Of a stretch of 64,000 bases of DNA, positions 1-10,621 are shown one piece after another. Numbering within the stretch: position 1 is the first letter of the stretch; each line of letters starts with the position of its first letter. The notes beneath the pieces are model-generated. The model did not search any database, was not told the DNA's origin, and worked only from the letters and a program-made list of their open reading frames with translations. The position numbers were made by a program, and so were the translations under genes. Source of the DNA: Eledone cirrhosa (taxonomy: Eukaryota); contig OZ024760.1 in the NCBI GenBank assembly GCA_964016885.1, forward strand, positions 31,868,001 through 31,932,000. The letters are read 5' to 3'.

Positions 1-2970
1 GTTGTACTGTATGTTGTACTGTATGTTGTACTGTATGTTGTACTGTATGTATGTTGTACTGTATGTTGTACTGTATGTTGTACTGTATGTTGTACTGTAT
101 GTTGTACTGTATGTTGTACTGTATGTTGTACTGTATGTTGTACTGTATGTTGTACTGTATGTTGTGCTGTATGTTGTACTGTATGTTGTACTGTATGTAT
201 GTTGTACTGTATGTTGTACTGTATGTTGTACTGTATGTTGTACTGTATGTTGTACTGTATGTTGTACTGTATGTATGTTGTACTGTATGTTGTACTCTAT
301 GTTGTACTGTATGTTGTACTGTATGTTGTACTGTATGTTGTACTGTATGTTGTACTGTATGTATGTTGTACTGTATGTTGTACTGTATGTTGTACTGTAT
401 GTTGTACTGTATGTTGTACTGTATGTTGTACTGTATGTTGTACTGTATGTTGTACTGTATGTTGTACTGTATGTATGTTGTACTGTATGTTGTACTGTAT
501 GTTGTACTGTATGTTGTACTGTATGTTGTACTGTATGTTGTACTGTATGTTGTACTGTATGTATGTTGTACTGTATGTTGTACTGTATGTTGTACTGTAT
601 GTATGTTGTACTGTATGTTGTACTGTATGTATGTTGTACTGTATGTTGTACTGTATGTATGTTGTACTGTATGTTATACTGTACTGTATGTTGTACTGTA
701 TGTTGTACTGTATGTATGTTGTACTGTATGTTGTACTGTATGTTGTACTGTATGTTGTACTGTATGTATGTTGTACTGTATGTTGTACTGTATGTTGTAC
801 TGTATGTATGTTGTACTGTATGTTGTACTGTATGTATGTTGTACTGTATGTTGTACTGTATGTTGTACTGTATGTTGTACTTATGTTGTACTGTATGTTG
901 TACTGTATGTATGTTGTACTGTATGTTTACTGTATGTATGTTGTACTGTATGTTGTACTGTATGTTTACTGTATGTATGTTGTACTGTATGTTGTACTGT
1001 ATGTTGTACTGTATGTTGTACTGTATGTATGTTGTACTGTATGTTGTACTGTATGTTGTACTGTATGTATGTTGTACTGTATGTTGTACTGTATGTTGTA
1101 CTGTACTGTATGTTGTACTGTATGTATGTTGTACTGTATGTTGTACTGTATGTTGTACTGTACTGTATGTTGTACTGTATGTTATACTGTATGTATGTTG
1201 TACTGTATGTTGTACTGTATGTTGTACTGTATGTATGTTGTACTGTATGTTGTACTGTATGTATGTTGTACTGTATGTATGTTGTACTGTATGTTGTACT
1301 GTATGTTGTACTGTATGTATGTTGTACTGTATGTTGTACTGTATGTATGTTGTACTGTATGTTATACTGTATGTATGTTGTACTGTATGTTGTACTGTAT
1401 GTTGTACTGTATGTTGTACTGTATGTTGTACTGTATGTTGTACTGTATGTATGTTGTACTGTATGTTGTACTGTATGTTATACTGTATGTATGTTGTACT
1501 GTATGTTGTACTGTATGTTGTACTGTATGTTGTACTGTATGTTGTACTGTATGTTGTACTGTATGTTGTACTGTATGTATGTTGCACTGTATGTTGTACT
1601 GTATGTTGTACTGTATGTTGTACTGTATGTTGTACTGTATGTTGTACTGTATGTTGTACTGTATGTTGTACTGTATGTATGTTGTACTGTATGTTGTACT
1701 GTATGTTGTACTGTATGTTGTACTGTATGTATGTTGTACTGTATGTTGTACTGTATGTTGTACTGTATGTTGTACTGTATGTTGTACTGTACTGTATGTT
1801 GTACTGTATGTATGTTGTACTGTATGTTGTACTGTATGTTGTACTGTATGTTGTACTGTATGTTATACTGTATGTTGTACTGTATGTATGTTGTACTGTA
1901 TGTTGTACTGTATGTATGTTGTACTGTATGTTGTACTGTATGTATGTTGTACTGTATGTTGTACTGTATGTTGTACTGTATGTATGTTGTACTGTATGTT
2001 GTACTGTATGTTGTACTGTATGTATGTTGTACTGTATGTTGTACAACATACATACTGTATGTTGTACTGTATGTTGTACTGTATGTTGTACTGTATGTAT
2101 GTTGTACTGTATGTATGTTGTACTGTATGTTGTTCTGTATGTTGTACTGTATGTTGTACTGTATGTTGTACTGTATGTATGTTGTACTGTATGTTGTACT
2201 GTATGTTGTACTGTATGTTGTACTGTATGTTGTACTGTATGTATGTTGTACTGTATGTATGTTGTACTGTATGTTGTACTGTATGTTGTACTGTATGTTG
2301 TACTATATGTTGTACTGTATGTTGTACTGTATGTTGTACTGTATGTTGTACTGTATGTTGTACTGTATGTTGTACTGTATGTTGTACTGTATGTTGTACT
2401 GTATGTTGTACTGTATGTTGTACTGTATGTTGTACTGTATGTTGTACTGTATGTTGTACTGTATGTTGTACTGTATGTATGTTGTACTGTATGTTGTACT
2501 GTATGTTGTACTGTATGTATGTTGTACTGTATGTTGTACTGTATGTTGTACTGTATGTATGTTGTACTGTATGTTGTACTGTATGTTGTACTGTATGTAT
2601 GTTGTACTGTATGTTGTACTGTATGTTGTACTGTATGTTGTACTGTATGTTGTACTGTATGTTGTACTGTATGTTGTACTGTATGTTGTACTGTATGTTG
2701 TACTGTATGTATGTTGTACTGTATGTTGTACTGTATGTTGTACTGTATGTTGTACTGTATGTTCGACTGTATGTATGTTGTACTGTATGTTGGACTGTAT
2801 GTATGTTGTACTGTATGTTGTACTGTATGTATGTTGTACTGTATGTTGTACTGTATGTATGTTGTACTGTATGTTGGACTGTATGTATGTTGTACTGTAT
2901 GTATGTTGTACTGTATGTTGGACTGTATGTATGTTGTACTGTATGTATGTGTGTTGTACTGTATGTATGT
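1..2970. repeat. 12-bp minisatellite (GTTGTACTGTAT)n with frequent extra GTAT tetramer; runs off the window start
   Basis: Read directly; the three ~1000-aa ORFs (MLYC/VVLY/CCTV) are its three reading frames. Confidence 0.98.
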
Positions 2971-3433
2971 TTGTGTATATATGTGTGTATTGTTATCTCT
3001 GTGTGCAGTTATGTGCATGTGCCTTTGGGTTTGGGTATGTGTGTGTTGTGTGGGGGGGGGGGGGTATGTGTGTGGGTGTGGGGGGTATTGCCTGTGTGTG
3101 TGTATGTGTGGGTGAGGGGTGGCCCAGTTTCAGCGTTTATCGTTGTATGTCTGGATAATTCGGTACGTGTGTCTGTGTATGTGTATGTGTGTGTCTGTGT
3201 GTGTGTATGTGTATATGTGTGTGTCTGTGTGTGTGTATGTGTATATGTGTGTGTCTGTATATGGGTATGTGTATATGTGTGTGTGTATGTGTGTATATGT
3301 GTCTGTGTGTATATGTGTGTGTGTGTATGTGTGTGTGTATATGTGTATATGTGTGTATGTATATGTGTATATGTGTGTGGACAGAGGTGAAACAACAACC
3401 ACAGCAAATGAAGGCATGTAGTGTGTATATATA

Positions 3434-3481
<48 letters not shown>
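2971..3481. repeat. Degenerate (GT)n/(GTAT)n then (TA)n microsatellites
   Basis: Read directly. Confidence 0.9.
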
Positions 3482-3484
<3 letters not shown>

Positions 3485-3546
3485 TTATCCCAGGTTCAAT
3501 CGGAGGTAATCACAGTAAGGTACTCAATACATAGCAGAGTATAAAA

Positions 3547-3648
3547 AGAAGAGCTTCTACAGGACTAGAACTGTTTCATTTGTGAGAAATCACCAGGGAT
3601 GATGATTTCTCATGAATGAAACAGTTCTAGTCCTGTAGAAGCTCTTCT
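3547..3648. repeat. 46-bp inverted repeat with 10-nt loop (hairpin), probably a Penelope-like remnant
   Basis: Arms 3547-3592 and 3603-3648 are reverse complements with 2 mismatches; the island 3482-3650 is flanked by (TA)n. Confidence 0.85.
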
Positions 3649-3651
3649 ACA

Positions 3652-3713
<62 letters not shown>

Positions 3714-3715
<2 letters not shown>

Positions 3716-4427
3716 GAATAAGCATACACGCTAGCTTGGCCGTATACTAGAGCTTCATCTATGCTGTACTAAGATTTATATTTACTCCTAGAATTAACGA
3801 TTAACTGATTAATTTTATTTGATGATTCTATTGATTAATTAATTGTTTAAGTTTGTTTGATAACTTCTAGTCGAGTGCTTTATTCGGTTTGAATAAGGGG
3901 ATTCATTCCTTTATCTCAAATTAGAATACACCGCCTAAGCGGGGGTTACCTCCCTTCGGACAAAACCATGTGCCTGTGGCGCCCTTTAAAGTCACAGCAT
4001 ACCCGCTTTGGCTAAGAACGAAAGACTTGCTGAAGAAGTAAATCCTATGTTCTGCCGTCAAAAACCATTATATTGCAGACTCCTCCAAAAGGAATTTGTC
4101 GATCATGGATTTGCAGAAACTTAGCGCTGTCGCTGCGTGCGATTTTGCGATCAATATTGTGGAAAACCATGTGGATTGTATATTTTACACCCAGCCTCAG
4201 CGTTATGTCCAGGTCAGTAAAAAATCTTTACCTGGGTCCTGTATTTTCGTTGCTCTAGTGATGCGGTCGGACTGCCGACTGCTATATCTAATTTGCTAAG
4301 CTGTCTGAACATAATGTTATACTCTGGGGTCTTACCTCATATGAGTGCTAAAGCTACAAACCGAATAAGCATACACGCTAGCTTGGCCGTATACTAGAGC
4401 TTCGTCTATGCTGTACTAAAATTTATA
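3714..4427. mobile_element. ~710-bp non-coding element bounded by ~67-bp direct terminal repeats, embedded in (TA)n
   Basis: CCGAATAAGCATACACGCTAGCTTGGCCGTATACTAGAGCTTC(A/G)TCTATGCTGTACTAA at 3714 and 4361. Confidence 0.6.
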
Positions 4428-4539
4428 TATATATATAAACATACAAATATATACACACACATATACCTATACATACACACATTTATATACACACACATAC
4501 ATATGGTAGGAAGAAAAAGATTGAAATGCAGACAGACAC

Positions 4540-4595
<56 letters not shown>

Positions 4596-4630
4596 TAGAA
4601 ATATTAATAAAATAGATGTTCTTTTGATCA

Positions 4631-4692
4631 ATTACATTTTATTATACATATTTCGGATGTACAACATACGTCCTCATCAGACAAAATATAAT
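4631..4692 (-). ncRNA. Type I hammerhead ribozyme (HHR-1)
   Basis: Minus strand: stem I AUUAUAUUUUGU / CUGAUGA / stem II GGACGUAU-GUU-GUACAUCC / GAAA / short stem III UAUGUA / UA / stem I' AUAAAAUGUAAU (12 bp, 2 G-U). Confidence 0.8.
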
Positions 4693-4782
4693 GATACATG
4701 ACATACCCTGAGATGTTAAATGGTTAAGATCTCATTCTTTGCCATACTCATTGAATATTGTTTAACACTTTAATATATATAT

Positions 4783-5069
4783 AGTTCAATTCTCAGACCG
4801 GGTGATGTGTTGTTTCCTTGAGCAAGACACTTTATTTCACATTGCTCCAGTTTACTCAGCTGTAAAAATGAGATGATAGGGACTGGGGTCCATATCATTC
4901 CACTGCAAAGTGGTCGTGGAGGTGCCACAGCAAAAAAGCACCCAGCACTCACTGTAAATGAGGTTGGTGTTAGGAAGTGCATCCAGCTGTAGAAATCAAG
5001 CCAGAATCAGTTCCCGTCCAAGCAGGGAAAAGCAGACGTAAAATGATGATGATGATGATGATGATGATG
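4783..5069 (+). mobile_element. 5'-truncated tRNA-derived SINE (family S1) with RTE-derived tail and (GAT)n
   Basis: Starts at B box GTTCAATTCTC; core CCTTGAGCAAGACACTTTATTTCAC; near-identical to 6135-6488. Confidence 0.9.
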
Positions 5070-5180
5070 TCTATATATATCTATATATATCTATCTATAT
5101 ATATATATAGATAGATAGCAAATATATATATATATATAGATAGATAGATAGAGAGCAAATATATATATATATATATATAT

Positions 5181-5497
5181 TAATTTCAAATATTAACAAA
5201 ATAGATATTCTTGTGATCAATTATATTTTATTATACATATTTCAGAGGTACTGAATTAAGTTCAACATTATGTCCTCATCAGATAAAATAAAATGATACA
5301 TGACATACCCTGACATGGTAGATGGTTAAGATTTATCTGAAATATGTATAATAAAATATAATTGATCACACGAATATCTATTTTGTTAATATTTGGAATT
5401 AATATTAATAACTCTGGAAAAATTTTTACTGTAGAGTGCTTCCAATCTATTGTAAAACTCATTCTTTGATGTATGCATTGAATCTTGTTTAACTCTT
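5181..5497. mobile_element. Penelope-like/retrozyme-like non-coding remnant with ~66-bp internal inverted repeat
   Basis: 5181-5246 is the reverse complement of ~5336-5402; contains HHR-2; second copy of the 4591-4772 element. Confidence 0.6.
5220..5294 (-). ncRNA. Type I hammerhead ribozyme (HHR-2), paralog of HHR-1 with longer stem II
   Basis: Minus strand: UUUUAUUUUAU CUGAUGA GGA...UCU GAAA UAUGUA UA AUAAAAUAUAAU; flanks homologous to 4591-4772. Confidence 0.7.
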
Positions 5498-5535
5498 AAA
5501 TATATATATATATAAATATATACATATATATAAAT

Positions 5536-5572
<37 letters not shown>

Positions 5573-5575
5573 AAT

Positions 5576-5652
<77 letters not shown>

Positions 5653-5658
<6 letters not shown>

Positions 5659-6053
5659 GGAAACCGCGGAGTGGGGAGACCCAAGAAGACCTGAGATGAG
5701 GAGATAAAAGCCAACCTTACCAAATTACACCTCTCTAAGGCGATGACACACGACCGTGACCTCTGGCGTCACGCAGTAATACAGAGTACCCGACCTCCCA
5801 TGGGTACAAGCTGAAGCATATAAACAATATGCCTCTACATCCTCCCACTGCATAGTGGTCGTGGGGGTGCCACGGCAGGGGAGCACCCAGCACTTACTGT
5901 AAATGTGGTTGGTGTTAGGAAGGGCATCCAGCTGTAGAAATCAAGCCAGAATCAGTTCCTGTATGAGCAAGGCACGGTCAGCCGACCAGACACTGCCCAC
6001 AACAGGACAACCCGTCTAACCCATGCTAGCATGGAAGAACGGACGTAAAACGG

Positions 6054-6083
<30 letters not shown>
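5653..6083 (+). mobile_element. 3' end of an RTE-clade LINE (LINE A): last codons, 3' UTR and (GAT)n tail
   Basis: Frame from 5653 reads [16 protein letters not shown]...MTHDRDLWRHAV, the RTE C-terminal GRPxxxW...DRxxWR motif with a premature stop; tail CCCGTCTAACCCATGCTAGCATGGAA...GGACGTAAAACGG(TGA)n. Confidence 0.75.
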
Positions 6084-6134
<51 letters not shown>

Positions 6135-6136
<2 letters not shown>

Positions 6137-6488
6137 AGGCACATGGCTTATGGCTTAGTGGTTAGAGCATTGGCCTTGCAATCGAAAGGTTGTGAGTTCA
6201 ATTCTCAGCCCGGGTGATGTGTTGTTTCCTTGAGCAAGACACTTTATTTCACATTGTTCCAGTTTACTCAGCTGTAGAAATTAGATTATAGGGACTGGGG
6301 TCCCTATCATTCCACTGCAAAGTGGTCGTGGAGGTGCCACGGCAAAAAAGCACCCAGCACTCACTGTAAATGAGGTTGGTGTTAGGAAGGGCATCCAGCT
6401 GTAGAAACCAAGCCAGAATCAGTTCCCGTCCCACCCTTGCAAGCAGGGAAAAAGCGGACATAAAATGAAATGATGATGATGATGATGA
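6135..6488 (+). mobile_element. Full-length tRNA-derived SINE (family S1)
   Basis: A box TGGCTTAGTGGT, B box GAGTTCAATTCTC, central CCTTGAGCAAGACACTTT domain, LINE-derived tail and (GAT)n. Confidence 0.92.
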
Positions 6489-6567
6489 TATATATATTTC
6501 GTCTTATACGGGAAACGTCTGGTAATGAGGTAATTATATTGTATTGTTTATTATATATAATATACTT

Positions 6568-6723
6568 GCTTGTCAAGTGTTCGGCCTTACCATCAGCCCG
6601 AAAAAGACGGAGATCATGGGCCAGGACGTCAGAGAGGTCCCCAGCATCAGTTTTGGCGACCACGGCTTGCAAGTGGTGAATGAGTTCACTTACCTTGGAT
6701 CGACAGTCTCCAGCAACAGTCAG
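6568..6723 (+). pseudogene. Internal fragment of an RTE-type reverse transcriptase (different family from LINE B)
   Basis: ACQVFGLTISPKKTEIM...LQVVNEFTYLGSTVSSN matches the GLxIxxxKT...FxYLGS motifs of non-LTR RT, without the PHD insert. Confidence 0.8.
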
Positions 6724-6755
<32 letters not shown>

Positions 6756-7248
6756 CATATATATATATATATATGTCTGTTTCTCTCTTACTGCTTCCCC
6801 ACTCTCTCTGTTTCTCTCACCTTCTTTCGCCCCCTCTGTCAGTTACACTTTCTCTCGACTGACCTCTTCCTCTCTGTTTCTCCTCTTCTCACTTCCTCCC
6901 GTTTGGCTAGTAGTGGGTTCTCTTCTTGCTCACATCTCACTCACGTCGGACGGTCTGTATCTTGATCGCTCATGAAATCCACCCAGCTTATGCTGACCGG
7001 ACAACCATGTTGCTTGTTTATTTTCCTATCTTTGGTTTGCTTTTATCCTTCTATGTTGTTTACTTGTCCCCCTCGCTTTACGCGATTTACTGGTCCCAAT
7101 AACTTTTTTTAGTTATTGCTCGCACCAACCTGAGGTATATGATTTTTAATGCGATGAAATATCAATGATGGTTGGCAAATCACTGACGAAGGACTAATTT
7201 TATCATATGTAACCCATGTGCAACCACACAGTATTCTTCTTTCTTCTC

Positions 7249-7310
<62 letters not shown>

Positions 7311-7313
<3 letters not shown>

Positions 7314-7870
7314 GCGATGAATTAGTTTTGCGAGGTCTTTGATATGAAATTGTGTGTCGAAACAAATATTGTTATACTTGGGGAGGGTCATATTTGTGTA
7401 ATAATATTGCCAGAATTAATAACAGAACACACTCACTGTTTGGTTGGTTTTCGCTTCTGTGTCTTTTATATCGGTTAATTTAATTTATTCGGTCCTCAAT
7501 GTTGCCATTGACTGACCAACGGTCAAAAATACAGATACAATATAGACACAAACACATATATATAGTCTAACAAAGTTCTTTCGTTGCACATCTGCAACAT
7601 CGTCGGTGGTGCTATTATGTTTCCTCCTGTTGTATTGAATGTCTATGCCATCTTTATTTAGTCTGTTTATTTATTTATTTGTTTATTTTTTTTGTCTTCT
7701 TTGGGCATGCGTTTGCGTGTGTGTATAGTATTTTGTTTGATGTGTGTTCGTGTTTGGGTGACTGTGTATTGGTTATTGTATTCTATCTTAGTTTACTAGT
7801 GTGTGTTTATATGTGTTTGTTGTTATTGTGCTTGTGTATGTATTTATGAACCACCCCAAGTATAACAATA
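7311..7870. mobile_element. Penelope-like non-coding remnant with degenerate hammerhead motifs and a short inverted repeat
   Basis: TATTGTTATACTTGGGG (~7367-7383) is inverted at ~7854-7870; degenerate minus-strand HHR core at ~7571-7610. Confidence 0.4.
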
Positions 7871-7886
7871 TATATATATATATAGT

Positions 7887-8000
7887 AATAATCGTCTCTA
7901 CTTTTGCTTTTGGCACAAGGCCAGCAATTACTCCAGTGTATTACTGGTACTTTATTTTATCGCCCTCGTAAGGATGAAAGGCAAAGTTAACCTCGTCCCC
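7887..8000 (-). mobile_element. Partial SINE family S2 (Nin-domain-like)
   Basis: TTACTGGTACTTTATTTTATCG...AAGGATGAAAGGCAAAGTTAACCTCG matches the 16684 copy. Confidence 0.8.
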
Positions 8001-8510
8001 CAGTATATCGAAAAGTATAAAAATCAAAAATAACAACAACTACTAACAGAATATAGTACAACACAGTAATAGCTTTGTACTAACACATACAGCACAGTAC
8101 ATAGAGATACACATATACATACACACTGACATACACACACAGCAAAATACATATACGCACATACATATACACACACACAACAAAATACGCATACATGCAT
8201 ACACACATGTTTAAAAACACACATACATGTATATGCATTCATATACACACATACACACAAATATACATACACACACATACACACAAATATACATACACAC
8301 AAATATACATACACACACATACACACAAATATACATACACACACATATACATACACACACATATACATACACACACATACACACAAATATACATGCACAC
8401 ACACATACATACACATATATATACACACATATATCTATATATACACAGACACATCTGTGTGTGAATTTGTCTGCAGGAAAACTGGTAAATGGCATTAAAG
8501 ATAATGTATG

Positions 8511-8555
<45 letters not shown>

Positions 8556-8794
8556 CTTGATAGATGTGTGTATATATATATATATGTGTGTATATATATG
8601 TGTGTATGTATGTGTGTGTATGTTGGTTAGGTATTGGTGGGAGGATGATAGATGTGTGTATATATATGTGTGTATATATATATACACACATATATATATA
8701 TACATGTAGATATATACGTGTATATATGTGTGTATATATTTGTAAACATAATTATGTATACATATGTGTGTGTATGTATATATATGTATATCGT

Positions 8795-8891
8795 AATAAT
8801 TGTTTCTACTTTAGGCACAAGGCCAGCAATTACCCAGTGCATTACTGGTACTTTATTTTATCAACCCCGTAAGGATGAAAGGCAAAGTTAA
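8795..8891 (-). mobile_element. Partial SINE family S2
   Basis: AATAATTGTTTCTACTTTAGGCACAAGGCCAGC...GGATGAAAGGCAAAGTTAA. Confidence 0.85.
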
Positions 8892-8970
8892 AATAATAAA
8901 TACAAAGATCAAAATCCAGAGAGGACTCGATAAGGGTTGGAGATATATATATATATATATATGAAAATAG

Positions 8971-9053
8971 ACTTTCCTGACGACGGAATGCTTCTTTATA
9001 TTATTCTTCGGAAAATATATTTACTCCATTCCAGAAACTAATTAGTTGGAAGT
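8971..9053 (+). ncRNA. Type I hammerhead ribozyme (HHR-3) with extended stem II
   Basis: ACUUUC / CUGACGA / cGGAAUG...CAUUCCa / GAAA / palindromic CUAAUUAG / UU / GGAAGU; ~140-bp island bounded by (TA)n on both sides. Confidence 0.75.
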
Positions 9054-9115
9054 GATATTTTAGTAAGTAAGTTAATTTTATAATTTTCTTATTTTACGTC
9101 TCTTATATATATATA

Positions 9116-9146
<31 letters not shown>

Positions 9147-9329
9147 CATGTGTCTGCTTTCTCAGCTATGAAGGGCTGCCTAAGGTTTACATAAACCAAG
9201 TCAGTACTGAAGCGAGGCCACTGACCTCCCAGACAGGTGACCAGCGTTCTACATCTCACACATTGTCTCTCATTTTTCCAAGTGCACACAGAAGAGGTCC
9301 TTGACCCAACTGAAGGGTCCTCCCAACCC

Positions 9330-9520
9330 TTTATTTGGCAGGCTTTCTATGGCTAGATGCCCCTCCTTTCACCAACCACTTTACAGAGTGAACTGGGTGC
9401 ATTTATCACATAGATCACCCACACTAGGGAGGTTGTCATGTCCTTTACACTGAAGGGTCCCTCTCTAACCCTTTATTTAGAAAGCTTTCTCTGGCTGGAT
9501 GCCCTTCCTTTCACCAACCA
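9330..9520 (-). mobile_element. Two tandem decayed fragments of the S1/LINE A 3' region
   Basis: GGCTGGATGCCCTTCCT...CACCAACCAC is the reverse complement of GTTGGTGTTAGGAAGGGCATCCAGC. Confidence 0.55.
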
Positions 9521-9521
9521 C

Positions 9522-9700
9522 TGGCAGTATCGGTAGAGGGTCGGACACCATGCTTTGCAGCATAGAGTTACGGCCCTTTCCATTCTGAGTTCAAATCCCA
9601 CCGAGGTTAACTTTGCCTTTCATCCTTACGGGGTCGATAAAATAAAGTACCAGTAATGTACTGAGTAATTGCTGGCCTTGTGCCAAAAGTAGAAACAATT
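9522..9700 (+). mobile_element. SINE family S2, near full length, followed by (ATATT)n
   Basis: TGGCAGTATCGGTAGAG (A-box-like), GAGTTCAAATCCC (B box), GAGGTTAACTTTGCCTTTCATCCTTACGGGGTCGATAAAATAAAGTACCAG (Nin-like domain). Confidence 0.88.
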
Positions 9701-10075
9701 ATATTATATTATATTATATTATATTATAATATATTATATTATATTATATTATATTATATTATATTATAATATATTATATTATGTTATATTATATATATTA
9801 TATTACTGTTATATTATGTTATATTCTATTATATTCTATTATATTACTGTTATATTGTTATATTATATTATATTACTGTTATCTTATGTTATATTATATT
9901 ATATTACTGTTATATTATATTATATTATGTTATATTATATTACTGTTATATTATATTATATTATGTTATATTATATTACTGTTATATTATAGTATATTAT
10001 ATTATATTACATTATATTATATTATATTATATTACTGTTATATTATATTATATTGCGTTTGTATTGTGTTATATT
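9700..10075. repeat. (ATATT)n pentamer repeat
   Basis: Read directly. Confidence 0.95.
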
Positions 10076-10151
10076 GATAAAGTCAAGTGCTGAGTTGTTT
10101 TCAGTCCTCTGGCAGGTGGGTGGGGGTTGAAGGGAAGACGGTGATAAATAA

Positions 10152-10408
10152 CACCATCACCATCATCATCACCATCATCACCATCATCATCACCATCATC
10201 ATCATCACTATCATCACCATTAACATCACCACCATCATCATCATCACCACCACCAACAACTACTACTACCACTACAAAAACAATAACTACCACCATCATC
10301 ATCACCACCATCATCACCATCACCGCCATCACCACCGCCACAACAACAACAATTACCAACACCACCACCACCATCACCACCACCAACTACTACTAATACT
10401 ACAACAAC
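10152..10408. repeat. (CAT/CAC/CAA)n trinucleotide tract
   Basis: Read directly. Confidence 0.9.
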
Positions 10409-10621
10409 ATGAAAATAAAGAGGTTGATAAAGAAGGAATTACATGTATTGGAGTCAGATAACAGAAAATATGTAGTTTTCCCCTCTCTCTCTATCTTTGT
10501 CTCCCCCTCTCTCTCTATCTCTGTCTCCCCCTCTCTCTCTATCTCTGTCTCCTCCCTCTCTCTCTATCTATCTATCTCTAACCCAATTCTCTATTATCCC
10601 CAGTCCCTACCCTCGTCAAGC

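Noticed and set aside
2-3390. Three >1000-aa Cys/Tyr/Val-rich ORFs
   Set aside because: Frames of a 12-bp repeat that lacks stop codons on this strand; no unique sequence.
6135-6215. tRNA gene
   Set aside because: The A/B boxes are the head of a SINE, continuing into core and LINE-derived tail; same for 17708, 9522 and 20503.
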